This document shows positions 44,505 through 56,529 of a stretch of DNA of 64,000 nucleotides, piece after piece. Below the pieces are notes generated by a model that made no database searches, was not told the DNA's origin, and saw nothing but the letters and a program-made list of their open reading frames with translations. Position numbers and translations under genes: made by a program. Position 1 is the stretch's first letter, and each line of letters starts with the position of its first letter. This DNA is from Cyanidioschyzon merolae (taxonomy: Eukaryota), in the NCBI GenBank assembly GCA_000091205.1, contig AP006488.2, one strand, 5' to 3'.

Positions 44505-45790
44505 CCTGTGTGATCAGGAAAACGAACGACGTTTCACGACCACAGTGTAACTGTGTATATGTCCAATCACAGACGCCTCCCAGCCTTTTTTGATCGGTTG
44601 CATGCTATCGATTTCTCCTTCTCCTTATACACTTTGACCTTGAGAGGCGGCCCGACGACGTTGGATCGCGTCAGCTCCCCTGGTCTCGTCTTCAGAACTG
44701 CACATCTCCTAATATTGACAGCGGCACTGAAGTCTCCGTTCACGAACTCCATGCGTTAATCGCCGTTGGTGGAACTCGTTTTTTTCGAGCATTCCTGGGA
44801 CTCGTGCCTTCTGACCCATTTCCGGGTCTGTCAGCTCTCCGTGCTTTCGCATCGCCGAGGCGCTCCGCTCCTGTTCCTCCATCTCGATCTTCTAAAGCGT
44901 GCACCGCTGCCCATCTTTTGGACTCTTCATTTCTTCTAATGAACGCACTTGTTCGTATGCTTCGGTGAGGAACTTCCCAGATCGGAAAGGACTTGCACAA
45001 GAACGACGACATGTGCCCCGGTGTCAACGTGTGGTGAGCGCTTCAGCGACTCGCCCAGTGGAGCGAACACTGCGTTTCACGATACAAAACCCTCCCTCGA
45101 TGTGGATCAGCCACGGAGCGTACGCAGGAATCCAGAGCAGCTCTACTCCCAAAAGAAGAATTGGCAAAAGCCCGAACGCAAAGTGAAATGTCTTGAATGA
45201 TTCGACGAAATGGTTGGTGTTGATGGATAAGCCTTCTCTAGGAGCGAAACCGAGGTCGCCAAATGAAGCCACTGCAGCTAGAACAGATGACGATGTCGTC
45301 GTTCTCTTCGAGACTGATCGTCAATGCAACGGGCTCCCTGCTCCGCGAGTACCCATAGACACTCTGGGCGCTTCGTCCGAAGAAAGCCTCATCAACTGAA
45401 AAACAAACCAACCGATATTCCTGTGCTTTACACAGATCGTGACTTTCCAGGAACGCTGCAGTCGTTGGGAGTTCGGCGGAAGATGGCCGAGCGTGAACTA
45501 GGACTTTATTGCGACTGTGTCCCAGTGTTTTCAGGACCGCACGAGCCGGCTGTTGAGAATGAGTGTCGCCCCTGGTGGCTGTTATCATCGCTTCTGCCGT
45601 CCGCAAGTAGATCAAGGGGTCGTTTTCTACCAGTAACCGGCAGCAATTTTTGAGAACGTTGGTTATTTGCATAGAGCGCATATCCTGCTTTTTTCAGTGT
45701 TCCTCAGCCATCTGAGAACTCTGGTACGACTGGCGTTGAGGAGGAATGCAATCTTCCAAGCACGGCTCAGTAAAGAACATATCCTAAAGG
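44505..45790 (-). mobile_element. Copy A of a 1.24-1.28 kb deletion-derivative Fanzor/TnpB-like element (minus orientation), in the divergent CSTF2-RFC2 intergenic region
   Basis: The minus-strand ORF MEFVNGDFSAAVNIRRCAVLKTRPGELTRSNVVG is a RuvC-III-like tail homologous to MEFLNRDLNAAINIRRRAVIEQRPPQSTRAKSVG of the long copy. It is about 98% identical to copy B over its whole length. Sequence similarity to B stops at about 44527 and about 45780 on both sides, so these are independent insertions. Confidence 0.6.
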
Positions 45791-46199
45791 AGATTCTTCT
45801 ATGATCTTTATGGTGCGTTGAAACGTGATGCTTATCCCGAGCTCTACACAGCGAAGAAGCATTCCATTCCATGGCTCGGCAGGGGAAACAGAATTGAGTT
45901 GAAAGACTGGAAACAGTACTGGCGCGAAAAAACTGGCCATTTCAATCGATGTCCCACGGCGGGCTAGAACTGAGCAAACAAGCTATTATCCTCGTATTCA
46001 AGCCTGGCTTTTACGTGTTGGGTGCCCCGTTATCCGGAGCAAAGTGTTGCGTACTTCTTTAGCTGCGGATAACCGGCGTGCACCAAGGGATCTTCGGTTA
46101 GCTTCAACGAACCCAAACTAGCGAAAAAATCAGCACGAGGTTTGCTCATTGCGTTGCCATTCAACGAAGAGCTGCGCACTTTGATAAAAGCACTGTTAA

Positions 46200-47198
46200 A
46201 TGCTTGATCATCAACCATGGATTGAGAAATACAGACCACGGACGCTCTCTGAAGTCGTCGGCAACCAACCAGTTGTCGAACGACTGCGAGCACTGGCTCT
46301 TAGCGGGAACGTGCCGCACTTGCTGCTCGTTGGTCCACCGGGCGTCGGCAAGACGACCGTAGCGCTTGCTTTGGCGCGGGATACTCTGGGCGATGCGCTC
46401 ATCCAGCAAGCAGTTTTAGAATTGAACGCATCAGATGAACGAGGTATTGACGTGGTGCGAAACAAGATCAAAATGTTTTGCCAACAGCACGTGACCTTGC
46501 CGCCGGGACGACATAAGCTCATCATTCTCGACGAAGCGGACTCGATGACGCCCGCAGCACAGCAAGCTCTACGCCGTATCATGGAACTCTACTCAAGTAC
46601 CACACGATTCGCGCTTGCCGCAAACGTCTCCAGCAAAATCATCGAACCAATACAGAGTCGTTGTGCTGTCATTCGGTTTCGTCGTCTTGGCGATGAAGCG
46701 GTGCGCAGTCGCCTTGTCAGCGTTCTGGAAGAAGAGCACGTTCCGTACGAGCCGGACGGAATCGAGACCATTGTCTTCACGGCCGATGGTGATATGAGGC
46801 AGGCCCTGAACAACGCCCAAGCGACGTGGTTTGGTTTCGGAGTCATTACAACGGAGCATGTGCTGCGTGTATGTGACTCACCGTCGCCAGCACGGCTGCG
46901 TCGATTTCTCGAATTATGTGAGACACAGAAATTTGAGCAAGCAGTTGGCGAGATTGAGGCGATCTGGCGTAGTGGGTACGCAGCGTCGGACCTAGTTGCC
47001 ACGCTGTTTCGGGTGGCTCGAACTCAGGCCATGATCACCGAAGGTGGAGAGCGTGGGCGAGACCTGCGGCTCGAGTTCCTGCGTGAGATCGGTCTAACGC
47101 ATATGCGGATCACGGACGGCTTATCAAGTCTGCTGCAACTCACTGCATTGGCATCGAAGCTGGTCCGTTGTGCTGAACGTATCCACACAGCCCAATAA
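46200..47198 (+). CDS. RFC2: Replication factor C small subunit (human RFC2 / yeast Rfc4 type), AAA+ clamp-loader ATPase
   Basis: ATG start. WIEKYRPRTLSEVVGNQPVVERL, Walker A LLVGPPGVGKTT, ELNASDERGIDVVRNKIKMFCQQHVTLPPGRHKLIILDEADSMT (DEAD box), SRC motif IEPIQSRCAVIRF. This is a near block-for-block match to human RFC2 as recalled. Confidence 0.9.
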   Translation: MLDHQPWIEKYRPRTLSEVVGNQPVVERLRALALSGNVPHLLLVGPPGVGKTTVALALARDTLGDALIQQAVLELNASDERGIDVVRNKIKMFCQQHVTLPPGRHKLIILDEADSMTPAAQQALRRIMELYSSTTRFALAANVSSKIIEPIQSRCAVIRFRRLGDEAVRSRLVSVLEEEHVPYEPDGIETIVFTADGDMRQALNNAQATWFGFGVITTEHVLRVCDSPSPARLRRFLELCETQKFEQAVGEIEAIWRSGYAASDLVATLFRVARTQAMITEGGERGRDLRLEFLREIGLTHMRITDGLSSLLQLTALASKLVRCAERIHTAQ

Positions 47199-48167
47199 GT
47201 TGGAACTGAGCGTGTGCGTTGGTCTCCGAACCAGGGCGAGAACTTGCTTCGGCGGTTGCAACATGCTCTGCGGGACTGGGCTCTAGCGAAACAAGCGGGT
47301 GCGTTCCAGTGGGAAGATGTTATTCAAGCCTGGTCCAGCATGGCTGCCGCACCACAACTAGCAACTTTGTATCTGTTTTGATTTATCCGTGTTCGTGTGT
47401 GGATCGCTCAGTGAAGCAGCATGGGCGTTCTGCCGGCATATCCAGCGTGATGTTGGGGGCGCTGCTATCTTTGGGTGACGATTTCACCATGCGCGTTAGA
47501 ACACGAGCTGGGTATTCGAATGCAGTCTGGTACAGGAGTCGAGCTCGGGCGTATGCATGACCTTCAGTCGACACATGCTTTTGAGCTTTATCGAAGGCAT
47601 GGTTCAGCTGCAAAGGCGACACGGGGCAGAATGTATTTGCGTTCGTGAGGCATACCCACCCGCGGGCTCGATGGCGTCGATGCTCGGGAGAAGCATCCGC
47701 CTCACGTACGTCCCGATTTGGCGCCCTGCAGTCGTCAAGAACTCATGGGTAGCTCGAGTGCCAGGGAGAAGCATCCGCCTTGGGAGGAAACGCTTCGAAG
47801 ACCCTTGAATCGTCAGAAAATGGCTGGTAGCTCGACATAGACAGCGGCTTCTTGCGTACATGGCCTTTCTACATTCGTCGCTGTGCAGAGTATCGGAAGC
47901 TTCAGGCTTCAGCGCGTCACACCATGCGACTAGACGCCGCCTCAACCCAATCATCTAAATACCAGTGCGCTTTGTGGATGCGACAGCGCCAAATAACATA
48001 TCCATACACAACGACTGCGCGCGCTCGCATCAGTGCAGCCTTGCACGGTCAGTGCGAACCTGACGCTGTATGCCCCATTGCCTCTACAGAGGCGCTCATC
48101 GAGGCTCTCTGAGCTCATTCACCAGGATGCACCATCTTTCGGATCATATGCGAAAAATTGAGCCGAA

Positions 48168-48881
48168 TCAGGTAAAACCTGCAGTGGCACCTCGCCCACG
48201 TAGCTTGAAAAACCACAAGAGTACCGCAATGATGACCAAAATCACCATCATAGGCCCGTACTGTCGAATCCGTAGCATCCAACGAGCATGTTTCGCTCGA
48301 CGGAGGTACTTGCGCGACTCTGCTGATAGCATGGCGCTGGTATTCTGCAGTGATTCGAGACGTTCGCCCCGTCCAAGCACTTCCTGAATACTCCTCGTCA
48401 TGATGTCGCGCACATCCAAAAGCTCTGAGTTGAGGCGTTCCAGGTTTCGGACAGCACTGGCGTCCAAGTACACTTTCTTCGTCTTTTGGATGAAGCTGTC
48501 GAAGCGAATCATCTCATAGGGTCGGTTCGCCAGTGCCACCTGGGCTCCATAAACTGCTTCAAACTCCCGTCGAAGTTCGTCGAGAAACGCGAACGCCAAC
48601 TTTCGCGGATAAGCTTTTTCGCTCAGCGTCAAGAAAGCCACCTGGTCACCAAGCAAATAGTGAAACGTGAAGGCGCCCGATTCGATGCTGGCGGCTTTCC
48701 GAGAAGCCGGAACGCTGCCGCGTCCGCCAGCCAAGTACTCGGCAGTGAGACCCTTGAGGATCCGTTTCGCCTGTCGCTCGTACTCTTGAAGCTCTAGCGC
48801 GAACGCGTCCTTTTCGTCGGCCAGGGAAGCTGCGAGCGGCAGTCCATCCGTCAATCGCGAGATGAACGTTATCTTTGGCAT
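48168..48881 (-). CDS. SEC22: R-SNARE Sec22 (longin domain, SNARE motif and C-terminal TM). The track start at 48944 is TTG; the ATG is at 48881.
   Basis: The longin-type N-terminus begins MPKITFISRLTDGLPLAASL. The SNARE motif reads NLERLNSELLDVRDIMTRSIQEVLGRGERLESLQNTSAMLSAESRKYLRRAK (R-layer Arg present), followed by the TM segment MMVILVIIAVLLWFF. Confidence 0.85.
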   Translation of the reverse strand: MPKITFISRLTDGLPLAASLADEKDAFALELQEYERQAKRILKGLTAEYLAGGRGSVPASRKAASIESGAFTFHYLLGDQVAFLTLSEKAYPRKLAFAFLDELRREFEAVYGAQVALANRPYEMIRFDSFIQKTKKVYLDASAVRNLERLNSELLDVRDIMTRSIQEVLGRGERLESLQNTSAMLSAESRKYLRRAKHARWMLRIRQYGPMMVILVIIAVLLWFFKLRGRGATAGFT

Positions 48882-49779
48882 CAAAACCTGTTGCGAAGCG
48901 TCACTAGATGTGGTTGTTCGGAGAGCGGGCCACAGCGATGCCAACGATACATCGGAAAGTGCTGGATTGCCCAGCGGACCCTAGTGCGATGCCTAGCGCT
49001 GCGGCTGACTCTGAACCGAGTACCGTTCGCGAATGGAAGCGATGAGCCTAAGTCTTCGGTCGCTACGGAACGAGTTCTGGAATCTTACACAGTTCTCGCA
49101 AGATTTCGTGTCACAGGATGGAATACAGAGCGGAAGCACACATGGAACGCGCTCTCAGGGACTGGGGCGTAGTGTCTGCGTCACCAGCCTCGATTCTCGA
49201 ACACTACATCGGTAACGTCTCTAGTCTCAATAAAGAGGATCGTCCGGTACAGGCTGCGCTTTATTACGGTCTTTGTGCCTCGTTCGCATGCATATTCGGG
49301 GACAATACGGAGGCTGAGTAGAAGACATGCCTGTTTCGATCGAAGGGAGATCGCGACGTAGGTATTCTCGCGATGGTGACAAGCATCCCTGGCCAGCTTT
49401 TACCTGTGTCATGGTGAAAATCGAGGCAAGCAAACGATTCGCAACGAGTACGCAATATGCAAGTGTAGCAACGCTGCATAGAACAGGGCATGCAAAGAGG
49501 TTGCATCTCATGGCGAGAAGCTTGGCGGTGAAGCGCGCATTCCAATGCACTCGAGAAGCGAGTTTTCCCAGTACACGTATTTCAAGATCATAGCGTTACG
49601 GTCTTTTGAGTTTCAAAGCTTTGAATATGGTTGGGAAGCAGACCTGAGGATGAGTAGCGCTGCAGAGGTAACGCGATACCGGCCTTTGTTAACGTCTTTC
49701 AACTCAAATTTTGTTCGGCCCCGGTTTGGTGAATAGCAGGAGATCGAAATGACCAAGCAATGTACCCTATAGATCGAGG

Positions 49780-51060
49780 ACGAATTGCCCGTACGGTATA
49801 CAATCTTTACTGAACAGTGCATGGAAGATTGCATTCCTCCTCAACGCCAGTCGTACCAGAGCTCTCAGATGGCTGAGGAACACTGAAAAAAGCAGGATAT
49901 GCGCTCTATGCAAATAACCAACGTTCTCAAAAATTGCTTCCGGTTACTGGTAGAAAACGACCCCTTGATCTACTTGCGGGCGGCAGAAGCGATGATAACA
50001 GCCACCAGGGGCGACACTCATTCTCAACAGCCGGCTCGTGCGGTCCTGTAAACACTGGGACACAGTCGCAATAAAGTCCTAGTTCACGCTCGGCCATCTT
50101 CCGCCGAACTCCCAACGACTGCAGCGTTCCTGGAGAGTCACGATCTGTGTAAAGCACAGGAATATCGGTTGGTTTGTTTTTCAGTTGATGAGGCTTTCTT
50201 CGGACGAAGCGCTCAGAGTGTCTATGGGTACTTGCGGAGCAGGGAGCCCGTTGCATTGACGATCAGTCTCGAAGAGAACGACGACATCGTCATCTGTTCT
50301 AGCTGCAGTGGATTCACTTGGCGACCTCGGTTTCGCTCCTAGAGAAGGCTTATCCATCAACACCAACCATTTCGTCGAATCATTCAAGACATTTCACTTT
50401 GCGTTCGGGCTTTTGCCTATTCTTTTTTTGGGAGTAGAGCTGCTCTTGATTCCTGCGTACGCTCCGTGGCTGATCCACATCGAGGGAGGGTTTTGTATCG
50501 TGAAACGCAGTGTTCGCTCCACTGGGCGAGTCGCTGAAGCGCTCACCACACGTTGACACCGGGGCACATGTCGTCGTTCTTGTGCAAGTCCTTTCCGATC
50601 TGGGAAGTTCCTCACCGAAGCATACGAACAAGTGCGTTCATTAGAAGAAATGAAGAGTCCAAAAGATGGGCAGCGGTGCACACTTTAGAAGATCGAGATG
50701 GAGGAACAGGAGCGGAGCGCCTCGGCGATGCGAAAGCACGGAGAGCTGACAGACCCGGAAATGGGTCAGAATGCACGAGTCCCAGGAATGCTCGAAAAAA
50801 ACGAGTTCCACCAACGGCGATTAACGCATGGAGATCGTGAGCGGAGACTTCAGTGCCGCTATCAATATCAGGAGATGTGCAGTTCTGAAGACGAGACCAG
50901 AGGAGCTGACGCGATCCAACGTCGTCGGGCCGCCTCTCAAGGTCAAAGTGTATAAGGAGAAGGAGAAATCGATAGCATGCAACCGATCAAAAAAGGCTGG
51001 GAGGCGTCTGTGATTGGGTATATAGACTCTCTATGGTCATGAATCGTTTAACTAATCAAT
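49780..51060 (+). mobile_element. Copy B of the 1.24-1.28 kb Fanzor/TnpB-like derivative element (plus orientation), upstream of SEC22. Together with copy A it forms an inverted pair about 4 kb apart.
   Basis: The plus-strand tail MEIVSGDFSAAINIRRCAVLKTRPEELTRSNVVG is RuvC-III-like. The upstream frames carry NARKKR and IRTSAFIRR segments homologous to the long copy's ICKKR and FRTSYTHH. A weak RuvC-I-like GLSINTNHF lies at about 50340. About 98% identical to copy A. Confidence 0.6.
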
Positions 51061-53765
51061 GATCGAATATCACGAATGCTTTTGTGTAGTCTATGCTAGT
51101 TTCAGATTATACTGGAACACTGAATCACGCACTCTGTTCCTGCCTTGCGAATGTTTGAGAGCATATTTAAAGATAAAGCCTCGAGATTCGAAGTTGAACA
51201 GAAAGGCTTCGCGGATGCATGCGTGGTAGTAGAATTCCCGGGCGTCTTCTCGGAAAGGCAACTGTCAACTTCTGCCTCTGGAATCCGTTACAGTACCATA
51301 ATCAGGATATTTCGAGGCATTCTCGAACAAGAGTTCTTCAAGTATGCCATGTCATTATCCAGCCCATTCATGCAAGCCCCCAGGCGGCTCCTTTCCTGAC
51401 ATGTTGCATCGCTCAAATGAAGCAGTCTTCAATGTTTCGCTCTTTCTGCTTCAAGGCAGCTCGTGTCCGCAGTGATTCGCATCTCTGGACGGTTACGGAA
51501 AAATCTTGAATTGGTCCCTTGATAACTTATCCGCAAGCTCATGCCAAATATTCTCTGAGCTTCTAACTTCAAAAAACGAATTCCATTCCAAAGATAGTTC
51601 CTGATCTTCTTGTGCGCATCAACGATACAGCGTCGGACTGCACCGAGATCCATTCTCAGGATATACTCTCAAAGCCTCCTGTCTCTTCTGTATGCGTGGA
51701 ATTGGGTCTTGCGCTTGGGCTTTAGTCATCGCAGCGATCATGTGTAGTGGAAATAGCGTCACCGCAGTGAATGCAGGAGGCGCAGAAGTATCAAAAGGTG
51801 CTGGCATTTTCTGCGCCATGGCAGTTTCCGTCCGATACTTGTTCCATCGTGGACAACATCGTTTGCCAAGAATCCTATATACAAATCGGAATACCGTGCC
51901 CACGCATGTGCAGCGGACAGAGAACGTACCAATGGGATCGTCCGATGAATCCTGTGATCTTAGGGTACAGCACGGATTACGGAAACTGAGAAGAGCATGC
52001 GGGAGTGCTTTCCCCATCCGTCATGGATACGTACCTAGCGATGTAACAAGCTTTTGCGCGCGACAAGGCACCTCTCGGAGAACAAGGTAAGGTGGATGTA
52101 TGCTAATAACTCAGTACAATCAAGTGCCACCGGTGCGTAGAACGCACCAAGGATGTATACTAGGACGGGAATCGGCAAGCGGACCTTAGAACGCAACTTG
52201 TTCGAGAGCATGGAACTCGTCGACGAGTGCTGGAAGCTACAAAATGGGGACTCGGACGCTTTTAGCAACATACTTCGACTGCCGAATATGGAGCCGGAGG
52301 AAAATGAGAGACTCGAGCTTTTAACGCCAGAAATAAACGAGCAAACTTGAGATCAATCGCAGAAAACGCACGTAAGGTCCAGTTTTGATGAAAATAGGAA
52401 GAGTCCAAAACTTTAGAGTGCACGCCCGGGTCACTGAACCCGTTCATCTTTCATCCACCCTGGTTGTAGGAATGATTTTATGAACCAGGAGTCCCACAAG
52501 GGTGCTCCTAATCGATACTCAGAGAAGTGCCCTCTACACTGCTCTGCTCCGACGCCCCGGCGCTCCATTTGCCACAGACCGGACTTGTCTTTGGGGCAGG
52601 GGCATGAAAAACCAAGGAGCACCTCGTATGAAGCATTGATCCTCTGGCAGCGACACAGTGAACGATGCAGTCTGCGAGTCGACGTCCGCAGAATTATGCA
52701 TGAAGATGTAGCCGTCTCTAAGTGCGCCCCATCAGAGCCTTGAAGTCTTAAGTCCGTGAGTAAGCGTCCGCAAGGATGTGTCCTAAGTTACTGTGAAATT
52801 TCCGTATAATAGAGCTGTTGTTTTCGGCACTCCAAGAGTCAGGAAATCGATCAGAGCTCTTTTCCTGAGGAGAATGCTGCCGAGCTGGAGCTACTGGGAT
52901 ATAAAGGCGTTTCCGGAGGAGCCAGTACCTCTTGTTCTAATAAACGGCAGCAGTTGCATATCCTGCAGGTTCTCGTTAGATACACCGATGGTGCCTCAAT
53001 TTAAATAGGAATCTGCACCTGCACGCGAAACGCTGTGTTGTCCAGTAGCTCGGCTGCAGCGAGCTTCCTGGGGCGGCACAGGGCAGCTTGTAGACGAGTT
53101 TACACAAATTGCGATGCCGTAGACGCTCGCCTCGTTCGACTCCAGTCCTGACTGCAGGCAGTAACGAGCGCTTGCATCGGTGCCGATAAGAAGCACAGAC
53201 CTTTACGTTTCGACCGCTGATGCATTGTGGATTCGACTCGAGCCAACGACCAACTGAGCAGGCGACGTCTTGAGAAACAAGCAAACGGCACACTGGTCAT
53301 GTAATGAAAAGCAAGTTGCGAGCATTTCTCGTCGGGCTCCGGACGTGGCGAGAGCAGGTCTCAACGCGAAAGCCAACGTCCAAGTGGCGCAGCCGAAGCT
53401 TGGTATTCGACTCTGCTTCATCGAACCAAACTGAGGTATATACTTTTAAAAAAAAAGTAATGTGACTGTCATTGCAACAAACAGTCCCTTTAAGGATCAA
53501 TACAGGTAGCAAAGCCGTAAGGTCAGGCTCCTGCCATCGAATGCCCACCAGAACGATTGTATCGCAAGGTCATCCTTCGCTGCAAAAGGTACAGTGCGCA
53601 GTAGTGGTGCCGCTCTCCTCGTATGCATTTTACCAATAGATTCGTCAGACGCTTATTTCCTGATGTGAACGGCAGGCACGACAACCGCTTAACGGACCTT
53701 GGACGCCGACAGGCACAAAACCTGTTCTCGTAGAGCTCCAAATCTACACAAACATACAAAAGCAT

Positions 53766-54398
53766 TCACACTAGCGCCGGACTTTTCGCTCCGCTTTCGT
53801 TTGTTTTGTTGAGCGTCCCTTGCTTTGTATCGACTAGCTCGATGGTTTCGCGCTCGGTGCCATCGCCATCGTTGCTGATCGAGTGGCTTCGTGAACTCGA
53901 CTGCCGTGTTGCGGCTGCTTTCGCTTCAGCGGTGTACGCCCGTCGCCTCTGGAGTTTGTCCCAGCCAAGCCTTACGCAGTTCACCGCAGAGAAGAAGCAC
54001 CAGATTCCCTCGTAGACAACAAAAGGCCAATAGAAAATCATAGCTGCTGCAGCTGTCGCTAACGCTCCGCCCAGAAAGTTCGCAAATGAATAAAGAATCG
54101 AATCCGGCCAGCGCTCCAGTCGCCATACTCGAAACAGGTTCAACAAGAATGCTAGTAGCATCAGTGCGACGCCTACTGCGCCTATCGCCGTGGAAGCGGG
54201 ACTCTCCGTACTGAACATTTCACTGAAAAGCGAAACATAAAACCTTGAATAGATTCTGAACGCAAACAGAACCAACCCCAAGACTCTTTGCGTTGCAAGG
54301 CGACTTGGAAATCTAGTTTGTATCAAGAAATGAGTCCCAAGGCCAAAGCTTGTAAAGCACGCGGGCAGTGTTCCGCGTTCACGACTCCAAATTTGCAC
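53766..54398 (-). CDS. Hypothetical multi-pass membrane protein of unknown family. The track start is GTG; the first ATG is at 54218.
   Basis: Hydrophobic segments (ALMLLAFLLNLF, ALATAAAAMIFYWPFVVYEGIWCFF). No recognisable family motifs. Confidence 0.25.
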   Translation of the reverse strand: MQIWSRERGTLPACFTSFGLGTHFLIQTRFPSRLATQRVLGLVLFAFRIYSRFYVSLFSEMFSTESPASTAIGAVGVALMLLAFLLNLFRVWRLERWPDSILYSFANFLGGALATAAAAMIFYWPFVVYEGIWCFFSAVNCVRLGWDKLQRRRAYTAEAKAAATRQSSSRSHSISNDGDGTERETIELVDTKQGTLNKTNESGAKSPALV

Positions 54399-55499
54399 AA
54401 GTGCTTCCCAAATGAGTTGTGCAAGCAGTGTTTCGAAAACTGGATTCTATGCTGATTACGGCGAGTTTGCTTCGCCCAAATTTAGAGTGAGGATACGAGC
54501 TATGCAATGTTCGTCGACGTTAGTCGCTAGCATGCCAACACGTCCCGGACGTATCTCACTCTTCTCAAAGCGTCGAGCGACACGCGTTCTCGGCGGTAGA
54601 ACGGTGTCCGTTGGATCGATCCCGGCGGATGCCGCCGTAGAAGTTCCGCTTTGTACTACACTGTCTCAGGTGCCTCGCGCACTCGTGATGCGAATCCCTG
54701 AACGCTGTCTGCCTTCGACAGGGTATAAGCTACCACGCATGAAGAGGTGGATGGATTTGCAATTCGTGAGTTGTGCGTTGCCATGCATCAAACGATGTAC
54801 GCAGCTATGCATTGCAAGAAGTATGCGCTTTCGTGTGTGAAAACGAAAAAGCAGCCATGTCGTGAAGCGCTCCTGGTAAACAGCTGGTAGTGGGCACTGA
54901 CTGCATATCTCTTGTATGGTGATCTCCGCAATCGACATGTGACGGAAACGGTGTGGAATCTCGCAAAGCATGCGAAACTCGGCAGTATCTGATGGGATGT
55001 CTCTTGCAAGCGGACTCGGGAATTCCTCTGGAAATGATTGACAGTCTTTATTAATGTTAGTCGCGGGTCTTTTGTGAGACACAACATTTCGTTGCACAGG
55101 CGCAGTTGCGACTCGGGCTTTACCCGAATGTTGCAAGAGCCTCACAGGTGATTACAGAGTATTCGATGTTGTTTTGCATGCATGCCATTATGGGCATGAA
55201 AAGCCATTGCTGTCGGTTTCGATGCAGTCGTCGTCAATGACGAGTGTTCATCGGACGCTTGCTCACAGAACAGAGCATCCCTTGCGAATCACACCTGAAA
55301 ACTCGGATAGGTGCACGCGCGATAGGAAACGTGGTATCACTTGTGTGCGCTGGGCTCCGTTTCAATCGATTTGGACAACGCGTATCCTCGCATGAACCTG
55401 CACCCAGAAGAATAGGGCTCTGTTCAAAGAGCTTTCTTTGAGGCCCAAGATCGGCATTCGTCTAGCCCATGAACGAGCTGCATATAGTCTCTCACCTCA

Positions 55500-56070
55500 G
55501 TTGAGTTCCGCCTCCAGGTGCATACCATCAAGTGCTGTCTCGCGGTACATAGCAGATGTGCTCGATGTGCAGTCGTTTCCACAAATCAAGTATCCGACGT
55601 AAAGTATGGACATGGTAGTCAAGGATCCTGGCGGGCCGTCATCTCCAGGTGTTTGAAAAAACGAAAATTCCCCTTCTCGCCAAACATCGAACGAAGAAGA
55701 GCAAGTGGCGAAGAAAAGGAATGAGCAGATAGACCAGAAAAAGTGTTTGCCCGACGGGCTGATGACTGTACTCTAGTGGCACAGAGGGCATGAGTTCTAG
55801 TAATTCGTACCAATGTGCTTTCAGCCAGTGTCAAGAAACGCAAGGTGTTGGTGAAGTGAAACCTCAGCGCCGCCATCAATATCAGAAAATGTGTGGTGCT
55901 GAAGACGAGACACGAAGAGCTGACGCGATCCAACTTCACGGAGCAGCCTCTAATACTCGAAATATACACGGAAAAGCTGAGGCCTATTGCGGGGAGGCGG
56001 TCAACATAAGGCTGCGAAGTGTCTGTGAGTTGGCGTATACGCATATATACGCTATGGTCGCGAAAAGTTT
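55500..56070 (+). mobile_element. Copy C: a shorter, more diverged copy of the same element family (3' portion only), ending about 480 bp upstream of the kinase gene start. Left boundary uncertain.
   Basis: The plus-frame tail SAAINIRKCVVLKTRHEELTRSNFTEQPL is preceded by an in-frame stop. KRKFPFSPNIERRRASGEEK aligns with copy B KSFPIWEVPHRSIRTSAFIRRNEESK. The 3' terminus ...gtctgtgagttggcgtatacgcatatatacgctatggtc matches the B terminus ...gtctgtgattgggtatatagactctctatggtc. Confidence 0.45.
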
Positions 56071-56529
56071 TCCCTTCATTGTCCCGAACACCAGATATCG
56101 TGAGAACTCATGACAGGCTTTTCCGCAACAGTCCATAGAAACCAGTATTGTAGGTCGTGGTTCCGGGTGCTGTACCTAGTTACCAGCGCAGTACTGAGAC
56201 AAGGCGAATGGCCCGTATCCGATGCTCGCAATTCGCTTCCCCGTGAACACCGTTCGAGAGTTCTTGTCGGGTACACGTTTGCTCTGGTCGTCGAAGGCGC
56301 CGTCGTTGGTATACTGGCTACTGGCTAGCGGAGAAATAGAGCATTCTGGGTACAGGTTGCTTCTGAGGGTACTCGAGGCTTCGAAGCGATAGGGCAGGTG
56401 TCATGCCTGGGTGAGTCAGCTGATCGGCAACCGCGCAGCGCTTCGTGTCATCCACACGGGAACGAAGCGAAATTGCTGCGGTTTCTGCACCCTAGTCGTG
56501 CGATCGCGCTGTTCTACATTCGTGGGTGA

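Noticed and set aside
44500-44527. Shared aaacgaacga-type motif between the copy-A terminus and the (ACGA)n at the long-copy right end as a conserved terminal signal
   Set aside because: Relative to element orientation the motifs are on opposite strands, and copies B and C lack it. Most likely coincidence.
45193-45653. Conserved ORFs MQRAPCSASTHRH... (109 aa) and MNDSTKWLVLMDK... (68 aa) duplicated at 49927-50387 as possible element-encoded proteins
   Set aside because: They are on the strand opposite to the RuvC-III-like reading frame. Their conservation simply reflects about 98% DNA identity of copies A and B. They have no recognisable motifs and are absent from copy C and the long copy.
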